Of a stretch of 64,000 nt of DNA, positions 40,731 to 49,394 are shown piece by piece. This DNA comes from Candidatus Poribacteria bacterium (lineage in GTDB: Bacteria > Poribacteria > WGA-4E > PCPOR2b). The notes beneath the pieces were generated by a model. The model was not told the DNA's origin. It searched no databases and worked only from the letters and a program-made list of their open reading frames with translations. The position numbers were made by a program, and so were the translations under genes. How positions within the stretch are numbered: position 1 is the first letter of the stretch; every line of letters starts with the position of its first letter. Location of the stretch: contig OZ244042.1 in the NCBI GenBank assembly GCA_965215015.1, positions 1,632,001-1,696,000 on the forward strand, written 5' to 3'.

Positions 40731-42239
40731 TTATTTGACGGGGACATACTGGGCGCGACCCTCATATTTTACGAGTAGCAAGATTTTGGCTTCATCTGCT
40801 ACCTTCTCCACCGCCGATTTGAACTCCGCTACACTGCGAATAGTTTGGTTCTCGACCTCAAGGATCAGCTCTCCTTTACGGAGCCCCGCTTTGGCAGCTG
40901 CACTGCCCGGCGCAACACTAGCAATTAACACCCCTTCATCGGCAGTGTACCCCAGCTTTTCAGCCAGATCGGCTGTCAGGTGCTGAACCGAGAGCCCTTT
41001 CCAAAGATCCACATATCCTTCAGAATCTTTGCCATGTTGAACAACCTGGGCGGAACGTTTACCAAGTGTCACGGTGATATCTTGCATCTGACCCTTCCGC
41101 AGAATCGAAATTGAGACGGTGGCCGCCGGTTTATACATGGCAATTGCAGCGCGTAGATGATTGACATTCCGGATTGTTTCGTTGTTAATGGCAGCGATTA
41201 TATCACCTTTTTGTAAACCAAACTCTGCAGCGGGTGTGTCATTGAAGACGCGGGCGATCAGGGCACCCATCGGTTTGTCCAAACCCAGTTTTTCAGCCAA
41301 ACTTGAGTCAACCTCTTGAATTGAAACGCCAAGCCAACCGCGCGTGACTTGTCCGTGTTCGATTAGTTCTGTCGCAACCTGTTTGACCGTGTTGATTGGA
41401 ATAGCAAAGGCGTTGTTCGATGAGCTGCCAGCAGTCATACCGATGATTTCACCTTTTGCGCTGACAATTGCACTGCCTCCTGAACCAGGACGCAGATTCG
41501 CGTCAATCGCGATCCAGTTTTCATAATTGACGATACGCGGATTGCGTCCAACGCCGCTAATCATTCCCAAGGAAATCGCAGGTTCCTGATTTTCGGTATG
41601 TCCGAGGACAATCATCAATTCACCGAGGACAACGTCATCCGAATCACCGAATTTCGTCGTCGGAAGCCAGTCAGCATCAACTTTGAGTACAGTAATCCCT
41701 GTGCCTTTGTCAGATGCAACCACTTCAGCCTCACGGCGTTCCCCGTCCTGAAACGTGATAGTAATCTCCTCACTATCATTAACCAATTCGATAACGGTGG
41801 CGATGTGCCCTTGTTCGTCAAGCAGGATACCAGATCCGAAATTGATCTTATATTGGATCTCAGACTGGAGTATATCTTCAGGCATCACATTATGCCGCTC
41901 CCGATACGGGTCAGCAGGGTCAAGAAAATAATTTTCGGACTTTTCATCACGGTCTGAGTTTCGGCGAAACCAACGACGCAATTCTGGACCGAACCATTCC
42001 CCTTCTTCAGATTTTCCCCGGCGTTCAAAGCGGGGTGCCTGATATTTGTCTTCGTCTGATCGCTCGGCTTCGATGCCAACAACGACTTCTCCAACTTCCT
42101 GTGCGAGCACGGCAAAACTTTTGCTGAGTGCTTGCAATGTTTGTTGTTCATCTGCCGCCGATACAGCATGTTGGAGTATGCCAAAGGCGAGTACGCAAAT
42201 AAGAACGACGCTGAGTGTTTGGGGTACATTCACTTTCAT
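40731..42239 (-). CDS. HtrA/DegQ-like protein with two PDZ domains and a degenerate catalytic triad
   Basis: Signal peptide, GSGILL, GMISGVGR, FAIP, VTRGWLGVSIQ, two PDZ domains; triad motifs altered. Confidence 0.9.
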   Translation of the reverse strand: MKVNVPQTLSVVLICVLAFGILQHAVSAADEQQTLQALSKSFAVLAQEVGEVVVGIEAERSDEDKYQAPRFERRGKSEEGEWFGPELRRWFRRNSDRDEKSENYFLDPADPYRERHNVMPEDILQSEIQYKINFGSGILLDEQGHIATVIELVNDSEEITITFQDGERREAEVVASDKGTGITVLKVDADWLPTTKFGDSDDVVLGELMIVLGHTENQEPAISLGMISGVGRNPRIVNYENWIAIDANLRPGSGGSAIVSAKGEIIGMTAGSSSNNAFAIPINTVKQVATELIEHGQVTRGWLGVSIQEVDSSLAEKLGLDKPMGALIARVFNDTPAAEFGLQKGDIIAAINNETIRNVNHLRAAIAMYKPAATVSISILRKGQMQDITVTLGKRSAQVVQHGKDSEGYVDLWKGLSVQHLTADLAEKLGYTADEGVLIASVAPGSAAAKAGLRKGELILEVENQTIRSVAEFKSAVEKVADEAKILLLVKYEGRAQYVPVK

Positions 42240-42442
42240 TTTTTTTTTACCTCTCTTACGGTTTGAAGGGTAACACACTGTCCAAATCGGTAAGTTTCAT
42301 CAAAAACGGCTATATCATTCAGATCATATTGAAAATTGAGGAGATGATAGGGTATACTCTTACACAAGATCTATGAACAGATTTCTGAAGCATCTGCATG
42401 ATGCTTGCCTGTTTGGTGGTAAAATTGAAAGGAGGGTTTACC

Positions 42443-43249
42443 ATGTGTTGGGAAAAAAATTCTCAAAGGCGATGGAGCCTCGCCGTGATAACTATTGTAG
42501 CGAGTGTCCTTATCCTACCAAGTTTGACTCAAGCACAGAAAATCTTGTTTGAAGATAATTTTGATAAGTCGAAAGACAAGTTGAACGGCACGGGAAAATG
42601 GCACGCGGTCTCTGGGGCGTGGATAATTAAAAATGGCAAATTGGTACAGAACCAACGAAACGGTAAAAATCTTATCTTAGTATCTGATAGTCATTGGGAT
42701 GAAGAGTGGAAGGACTATTGGTTCTATTCAACGATTCATCTTGCAGCCGGTGAAAGCCCACTCCTCGTTTGGCGATTCCACAGTGATGAAGGTGCGGGTT
42801 TTGCTGGTAAGGAGGCTTTGCCACCCCGGATGCAACAGAGCTTGCGCCGCCATGTCATTTATTGGGCACTGAACAGGGAGGGGAAAAGGTCTGTCGTGCA
42901 TCGGCATATACGACATATCACGAAAGAGTTTGAAAAAACCGAGACAAAAACAAAACTTGATAGAGGCGTAGACTACTGGATCAAAATCGAGAATCACCCG
43001 AAAGGCTACCGTTTTTTCCTCACTGATAACGGCGCAGCAGCAGCCTTGGGTAATTACGGTCCAGCCCTTGTTGATGTTAAAGATGTCAACATGCAGGGGG
43101 AGGGGCGAATCGGTTTTGGGACTCAAGAGGCCATAATTGAGGTAGATAACGTGTTTGTCACTGAACCTGAAAAGAATCCTTTTGCCGTAGAAGCGCAGGG
43201 TAAGTTGGCAACCACGTGGGGGAGGCTGAAATCAAAGGTGGTCCAATAG
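42443..43249 (+). CDS. Secreted lectin-like (DUF1080/LamG-like) protein with C-terminal GKLATTWG tail
   Basis: Signal peptide, LFEDNF, GRIGF...VDNVFV, AVEAQGKLATTWGRLK; AAAGGAGG RBS. Confidence 0.7.
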   Translation: MCWEKNSQRRWSLAVITIVASVLILPSLTQAQKILFEDNFDKSKDKLNGTGKWHAVSGAWIIKNGKLVQNQRNGKNLILVSDSHWDEEWKDYWFYSTIHLAAGESPLLVWRFHSDEGAGFAGKEALPPRMQQSLRRHVIYWALNREGKRSVVHRHIRHITKEFEKTETKTKLDRGVDYWIKIENHPKGYRFFLTDNGAAAALGNYGPALVDVKDVNMQGEGRIGFGTQEAIIEVDNVFVTEPEKNPFAVEAQGKLATTWGRLKSKVVQ

Positions 43250-43271
43250 GATTGCAAAGGGGATAGAACGA

Positions 43272-44030
43272 ATGAAGGTTGTGGTATTCGGCGCAGCCGG
43301 GTGGGCAGGCAGAGCTGTACTTGCCAATTTGACGGGCAAACATCAGGTCCGCGCCTTTGATCGGGGACCGGAAGCATGGGAGGAGTGGAGGGATATTGAT
43401 GGCGAATGGCAGGGCGGAGAGATTATCCACGGGGATATTGTGGACTTCTCCGCTGTGCACAACGCCACCCAAGGGATGGATGCTGTTATTCATCTCGCAG
43501 TCTATTTCGGGGGATACGGCGTAGATGATGCGCAGCCGTTCTTAATCAATTTGAAGGGTTTGTGGAATCTCCTAGAATCCACACAGCAACGTGGTATTGA
43601 GCGGGTGGTGCACATCGGGTCATGCCAGACGGAGCACCCCAAAGGGATATTTTTTAACGCGGATGTCAGGAGACCCGATGGAAGCCAGTACGCCGTTTGC
43701 AAGCGTTTGCAGGAAGAGATGTGCCGGCAGTTTTATGATGCCTACGGGTCACGCATTATTGTCCTGCGTCCGGATTATATTGTAGATAGTCGATTGGGAA
43801 TCAACAGGCGTCGAGAGAAACTAGGCTCCAAGGAGGCACCGGTGCGGAATGGGTGCGTGTGTCGGCATGATCTGGCGGAGGCATGTCGTCTGGGGATAGA
43901 GTCCGCAGCAATTGACTTCGATATCTTTCATATTGTGGGCACCCCCGAAGCGGATAACACCTGCAATGTGGAGCGGTCACGTCGCGTGCTAGGGTTGGAG
44001 TACCGGGGGAACCTGGAGCAGTATCGGTGA
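43272..44030 (+). CDS. NAD-dependent epimerase/dehydratase family protein
   Basis: VVFGAAGWAG, DAVIHLA, YAVCK (YxxxK). Confidence 0.9.
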   Translation: MKVVVFGAAGWAGRAVLANLTGKHQVRAFDRGPEAWEEWRDIDGEWQGGEIIHGDIVDFSAVHNATQGMDAVIHLAVYFGGYGVDDAQPFLINLKGLWNLLESTQQRGIERVVHIGSCQTEHPKGIFFNADVRRPDGSQYAVCKRLQEEMCRQFYDAYGSRIIVLRPDYIVDSRLGINRRREKLGSKEAPVRNGCVCRHDLAEACRLGIESAAIDFDIFHIVGTPEADNTCNVERSRRVLGLEYRGNLEQYR

Positions 44031-44134
44031 TGATGGCATTGTTTTTTTATTGAGATAGACTGAACATTGGTTATTTTTTATACTTAGTTAGCCGTCTGAC
44101 AAATATCGGCATTTCATAAAAGGATATTCACACG

Positions 44135-45328
44135 ATGACCAAACGCCCCAAAATTGCGGCCATCGTCACAGAGTACCGCAAGTACTCCCATGGCCAGCAC
44201 ATCGTTGACCGTTTCTTGGAGGGATACGGTTGGAACAGTTGGCACCACCATCCACCGATGGATCTGGTCTCACTCTACGTTGACCAGCGACCTGAAGGCG
44301 ACCTGAGTCGTGACCGAGCGGAACGTTTCCCCCAGATGAAAATCTATCCGACCATCGCCGACGCCTTGACCTTGGGAGGGGGTGACCTTGCCGTTGATGG
44401 GGTCCTACTAATTGGTGAGCACGGTAGCTATCCCACCAACGAGAAGGGGCAGCATCTCTATCCACGCTACGAGTTTTTCAAGCAGATTGTCTCGGTTTAC
44501 AAAACTACCGATAAAACTGCGTCTATTTTCAACGATAAGCATCTTTCGTGGAACTGGGACTGGGCGCGAGAGATGTACGACCTCTCTCAAGAAATGGACT
44601 TTGCGTTCATGTCTGGGTCGTCCCTACCGGTGACTTGGCGCACCCCGTCCATCGATATGCCATTGGGTGCCCGCGTCCGTGAGGCATTATGTATCGCGAT
44701 TGGAGGCGTTGACAGCTATGACTTCCACGCCTTGGAGACTATCCAGTGCATGGTGGAACGGCGTGAAGGCGGCGAAAAAGGTGTCAAGTGGCTGCAAGCC
44801 TACCGCGGGAACAAGTTCTGGGAAGCACACCACCAGGAACTGTGGTCGCGTGAACTGTTTGAAGCTGCCCTCTGCCGTAGTCACACCCTCACCCCCTCAC
44901 GGCAGGGGTTCAACAATATTTTCCCAACCCTGGACGAAATGAAACAGTTGGTTGAAGATCCAATCGCCTATCAGTATCAGTATGTAGACGGTCTCAAGGC
45001 GACCATGATTCTTATGAATGGACTGGTACAGGATTTCAACTTTGCCGCTCACCTCGAAGGTCAGGACGCCCCACTATCTACACAGATGTACCTGCCGATG
45101 CCCCCAGCGCGCACGACCCTTGCCAACTTTTTCTCACCGCTAGTCAACAACGTTGAAAAGATGTTCTTGAACAGAACAGCGACCTATCCGGTCGAGCGCA
45201 CACTGCTCACTACCGGGTTAGTTGCTGCCGGGGTTGAGAGCCTCTTTCAGGATCAGACGCGGCAGGGGACACCCCACCTGAATATTTCTTATCAACCGGC
45301 GAGAGAATCAACTTTCTGGAGAACCTGA
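44135..45328 (+). CDS. Uncharacterised oxidoreductase-like conserved protein (paralog 1)
   Basis: SLYVDQ, VDGVLLIGEHG.YP.NEKGQ.LYPRYEFF, NDKHLS, GSSLPVTWR, YPVERTLL. Confidence 0.8.
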   Translation: MTKRPKIAAIVTEYRKYSHGQHIVDRFLEGYGWNSWHHHPPMDLVSLYVDQRPEGDLSRDRAERFPQMKIYPTIADALTLGGGDLAVDGVLLIGEHGSYPTNEKGQHLYPRYEFFKQIVSVYKTTDKTASIFNDKHLSWNWDWAREMYDLSQEMDFAFMSGSSLPVTWRTPSIDMPLGARVREALCIAIGGVDSYDFHALETIQCMVERREGGEKGVKWLQAYRGNKFWEAHHQELWSRELFEAALCRSHTLTPSRQGFNNIFPTLDEMKQLVEDPIAYQYQYVDGLKATMILMNGLVQDFNFAAHLEGQDAPLSTQMYLPMPPARTTLANFFSPLVNNVEKMFLNRTATYPVERTLLTTGLVAAGVESLFQDQTRQGTPHLNISYQPARESTFWRT

Positions 45329-45349
45329 TTCCAAAGGAGAAAAACGTAA

Positions 45350-46531
45350 ATGGCACCCAAACGCATCGCCGTGATTGCTACCATCTACCGCTACCTGTCA
45401 CATGCCCAACATTTTGCCGACCGCTTCATGGTTGGTTACCCCTACGAGGGCCGCTGGCATCGTCCCGATACGCAGGTCGTTTCCCTCTATGTTGATCAGA
45501 AACCCGAAGGAGACCAATCTATTGACCGCGCTCGCGAATTCGGTTTCTCCGTGTATCCGACTATTTCTGAAGCGTTGCGCTGCGGGGGAGACAGACTCGC
45601 TGTTGATGCTGTGTTGCTAATTGGTGAGCATGGGGACTACCCAAGAAATGAGAAAGGTCAGGTTCTTTACCCGCGCTACGAATTTTTCAAGGAGTGTGTC
45701 AAAGTCTTTGAGGAGGCCGGACGGGCAGTTCCGATTTACAATGACAAACATCTTTCCTACAATTTCGAGAAGGCCCAGGAGATGGTGGACGACGGACATC
45801 GCTTGGGATTCCCAATCCTCGCAGGCTCGTCTCTGCCCGTAACCTGGCGCCTGCCAGATGTCGAATTGCCGCTTGATTGTGAGATTGAGAGTGCCTTGAT
45901 GGTAGGTGTCGGCGGCTCCGACCCGATGGATTATCACGCCCTCGAAGCCATGCAGTGTATGGTTGAGCGCCGCAAAGGGGGTGAGACCGGGGTCAAGGCG
46001 GTTCAATTAATTGAAGGGGAGGCGGTGTGGAAGACAGGCGAGTTAGGACGTTGGTCAAAGGAACTTTTGGAATCGGCCCTTTCTCGGTGCGACAGTCCGT
46101 GCGGACTGACCGAGGCCGATGGGCGGACTCAAGATCTGCTCGGCAGCGGCGAACTTCAGAAACTGGTCGAAAATCCAGCAGCCTATCTTATCGATCGCAA
46201 CGATGGACTCCAAACCACGCTACTTATGCTCAACGGTGCGATCAGAGACTACTGCTTCGCCGCGCGGCTCAAAGGGGTGGCGGATCCGGTGTCTACGCAG
46301 TTTTTTCTGCCGCCGACACCCAACGTGACCTACTCTGCCTGCCTAGTTGCCAAGATTGTAGAAATGATCATGACCGGGGTAGCCCCCTACCCGGCGGAGC
46401 GCACCCTGATTGTCAGCGGGATGCTGGAGAGTTGCCTGACTTCGCGGATACAAGACCATCAGCATCTAGAAACCCCGCATCTGCGAGTGGAGTATCAGGC
46501 ACCGACTGAGTCCCATCATGGACGAGCTTGA
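45350..46531 (+). CDS. Uncharacterised oxidoreductase-like conserved protein (paralog 2)
   Basis: Same motifs as the upstream gene, collinear throughout; AAGGAG RBS. Confidence 0.8.
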   Translation: MAPKRIAVIATIYRYLSHAQHFADRFMVGYPYEGRWHRPDTQVVSLYVDQKPEGDQSIDRAREFGFSVYPTISEALRCGGDRLAVDAVLLIGEHGDYPRNEKGQVLYPRYEFFKECVKVFEEAGRAVPIYNDKHLSYNFEKAQEMVDDGHRLGFPILAGSSLPVTWRLPDVELPLDCEIESALMVGVGGSDPMDYHALEAMQCMVERRKGGETGVKAVQLIEGEAVWKTGELGRWSKELLESALSRCDSPCGLTEADGRTQDLLGSGELQKLVENPAAYLIDRNDGLQTTLLMLNGAIRDYCFAARLKGVADPVSTQFFLPPTPNVTYSACLVAKIVEMIMTGVAPYPAERTLIVSGMLESCLTSRIQDHQHLETPHLRVEYQAPTESHHGRA

Positions 46532-46610
46532 ATCTTATGTTTTGTGCTCGATATAGCAATTAAAGGATATTTCTATTGATTAAAGGAAGAATAATGTGAA
46601 GGAGAACGGT

Positions 46611-47396
46611 ATGACACCAGAGATAGCACTGCAGAAGCGCGAACAAATGATACGCGATGGCTACTGTGTGGTAGACGATATCTTGACCGAAGACTTCCTC
46701 GAGGAACTCCGAGAAGAATCAGAACGCTTGATCGCTGGACATGAGCCACCCCCTGACGTCAGGTATCAAGGGCAACATGTGGGCGTGCGGGGTGTGGACA
46801 ACCCAATCATTCAGAAACTGTTGGATTGGCAACCATCGCGTCAGGCACTTGAGCAGATGGGCTTTGGAGATTTCGAGAGTACTGGAGGGATTATCATCCT
46901 TACTAAAGATCCTCAAGAACCCGCGCTCTATTGGCACCAAGATTGGATGCTATGGAACGATCCGATGAGTTGCTCGCCATGGCCCCAGACCATGTTTCTG
47001 TCCTACTATTTGACCGATACAACGGTTGAAAATGGCTGTCTCAAAGTCATCCCCGGCACCCATCTCAAGCGGGTTCCGCTGCACGATCAACTAGTTCCAG
47101 CCCACGAACAAGGGGCTCGGTTTATTGAAGAGGATCACCCGATCATGTTCAGTGATCATCCGGATCAGATAAATGTCTTCGTCTCGGCGGGGGCACTCGT
47201 CTTGGCAGATGCCCGCGTCTTGCATTCAGCACACCGAAACTTGACAGACGAGCGACGCACCCTAATCTTAGCATGGCATAAGCGTCCCATGACAATTCCC
47301 GACATTTGGGAGGACGATATTCCTGATCTTATTACCAACCGCGATCCGAATCAGGAGTATCCCGGCTCTCGCATCCCTAGGGAACTTCTCAAATAG
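46611..47396 (+). CDS. Phytanoyl-CoA dioxygenase (PhyH) family protein
   Basis: WHQDW, ENGCLKVIPGTH, LHSA. Confidence 0.9.
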   Translation: MTPEIALQKREQMIRDGYCVVDDILTEDFLEELREESERLIAGHEPPPDVRYQGQHVGVRGVDNPIIQKLLDWQPSRQALEQMGFGDFESTGGIIILTKDPQEPALYWHQDWMLWNDPMSCSPWPQTMFLSYYLTDTTVENGCLKVIPGTHLKRVPLHDQLVPAHEQGARFIEEDHPIMFSDHPDQINVFVSAGALVLADARVLHSAHRNLTDERRTLILAWHKRPMTIPDIWEDDIPDLITNRDPNQEYPGSRIPRELLK

Positions 47397-47649
47397 GTCA
47401 GGGCAATTGCATGGAAATATTGTATAAGACTTACACAATTCGATTGCGAAAATCCTGTCCTATTTCTTACCGTACATGACTATGGCAATCTAATCGTGGA
47501 CACAGGCTCCCTAACCTGTAATCGCCCGTAGGTTGCGCGGACGATAAAGGCCCTGCCCCGCCTCATTGGGGTACTTCGCGCCTCCTGACGAACCGGCTCC
47601 GCAGCACGAGAGTCCAAGGCCCTTGCCCAATCTTACCCATTCCACCTTC

Positions 47650-48531
47650 TCAATTCTCCTTTTTGAACCAGATCTTCAGCGCGGTGCCCCCCATGATTTT
47701 GTCTTTTTCGTCCTTACTGATAGAGGGCAGGTGAAGATCCATTAAATCCACCAGTTTCTGATAGCCCGGCTCTTCGAGAATCCACGGAGAATCTGTGCAC
47801 CACATCATACGTTCAGGTCCATAGGCTTGGTAGATCTGCTCGACCATCGGTTTCATGTCTTCGTAGGGCCAGGGCTGCTTGGAGAAGGCATACTCTCCCG
47901 ACACCTTAATATACACATTTGGGAATCGTGCCATGTCGATAACCCTCCGATAAGTTGCCGGTGGCAATGGCTCATCGTCGAAACGAGGTCGTCCCCAACG
48001 GTCCACCACGCTGGGGGTGTTTGGCATCACACCGAGGTGATCTAGAGAGATGTTGAGGTTAGGGAAGGCAGCCGCTAGCATTTCTACACAGGCAATGCTG
48101 GCACTACCTGTGTAGATATTGATGTTGATACCCAACTCATCCGCACACTGAAACAGGGGATAAGCCTTCAAGTCTTCGGCTCGTGCGGCATTTGGATTGC
48201 CCAAATCCCCGGTCCGGATACCCTCGATGCCGGTAGCATCAACCAATTCTTTAAGGCAGGAGGGCGGATCTGGATCGTCTCCATTCACCAGTCCAGTGGC
48301 GGTGAAGCGATCGGGCCACTTCTGAACACAGTGGGTTACATACCTATGCTCTTCGATCCGAGTGCCCCCCATATCAATCAACACTGTCTTGTCTATACCT
48401 GCTGCGTCCATTTTTCGCAGGAGTTGCTCGGCGGGGGCTTCTTTATCCGCCGGTGCCAGACCACTGATGCCACGCGGGTATTCATCGCTCAACTTGGCAA
48501 ATACGTGCACATGTACATCTACCTTATCCAT
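47650..48531 (-). CDS. Amidohydrolase_2 family protein
   Basis: DVHVH, LDHLG, NVYIKVSG, RMMWCTDSP. Confidence 0.9.
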   Translation of the reverse strand: MDKVDVHVHVFAKLSDEYPRGISGLAPADKEAPAEQLLRKMDAAGIDKTVLIDMGGTRIEEHRYVTHCVQKWPDRFTATGLVNGDDPDPPSCLKELVDATGIEGIRTGDLGNPNAARAEDLKAYPLFQCADELGININIYTGSASIACVEMLAAAFPNLNISLDHLGVMPNTPSVVDRWGRPRFDDEPLPPATYRRVIDMARFPNVYIKVSGEYAFSKQPWPYEDMKPMVEQIYQAYGPERMMWCTDSPWILEEPGYQKLVDLMDLHLPSISKDEKDKIMGGTALKIWFKKEN

Positions 48532-48566
48532 ATTTATTATTTCTCCTGTTTGTGTATCTTTCTCAT

Positions 48567-49259
48567 TTACGATAAAACCAGATACTGTTTTGCGAGATAA
48601 TTAAGTGCCTCTTTATAGACTTCAAACATAATCGATAGACGGAAAAAGACCTCACCGAGTTCATATTCCCGCGCCATTGTATGTGCTGATGCACGTTCAT
48701 AGTATTCACGCCCAAAATCGATGTAAAATTGTGTACCCACCGGACGGTTTTTATAACGGCGACGATATTCGATCCACTGTGGAAAGATTCCTGTGAGATA
48801 AAGTGAGTAATTGCCGATATGAGAGTAAATGAGGAACTGCCGACGGGGATCTGCGTTTGCTGCTTCTTGAATCATATCCGTCAGATAGTGATGGGTCTGC
48901 TTATCGTTCCGATGAATGCGATACAATCGATCTGTCTTAACGAAAAGGCTTAGGAGATTGGCGATATAGTTGATGACCTTTTTATCCCCTAAAATCCGCT
49001 GGTCCATCAAACTACGTCTCAGGAGTACACTAAAAAATAGAAACGGTGAAATTTCTAATATCAACAGACTGCGATCACGAATCTTGTCGAACAAGGATTC
49101 GCTGTTTAGCATAGATTCAAGCGTTGTTGGTAGATGATGAATCAACTGAGCAATTTCCTCATAACTCCGTCCCGGCTTCGGGAAATTCTCGATCAGGAAT
49201 TGCAAATCCTTATCTGCCAACTGACTGAGATCTGTCCGGGCAAAATCGGGTTTTTGCAT
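48567..49259 (-). CDS. Conserved hypothetical helical protein
   Basis: 230-aa ORF with AAAGGAGG RBS; YIANLL...HIGNYSLYLTGIFP...FGREYY pattern of an uncharacterised family. Confidence 0.75.
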   Translation of the reverse strand: MQKPDFARTDLSQLADKDLQFLIENFPKPGRSYEEIAQLIHHLPTTLESMLNSESLFDKIRDRSLLILEISPFLFFSVLLRRSLMDQRILGDKKVINYIANLLSLFVKTDRLYRIHRNDKQTHHYLTDMIQEAANADPRRQFLIYSHIGNYSLYLTGIFPQWIEYRRRYKNRPVGTQFYIDFGREYYERASAHTMAREYELGEVFFRLSIMFEVYKEALNYLAKQYLVLS

Positions 49260-49322
49260 CGCGCTATCCTCCTTTAATCAGCCAATCGTTATGAATTTGT
49301 TGGGCAGATTGTCATAAAACCC

Positions 49323-49349
49323 AAAAAGCGCCGCTGTTTAGCGACGCTT
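49323..49349 (-). terminator. Probable intrinsic terminator downstream of the TolB-like gene
   Basis: Minus strand AGCGTCGCT-AAAC-AGCGGCGCT followed by a T-run. Confidence 0.6.
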
Positions 49350-49394
49350 AGGTTTGAAATCTAATGCTATTTTTTTTAGATAGGGTATAGTGCA

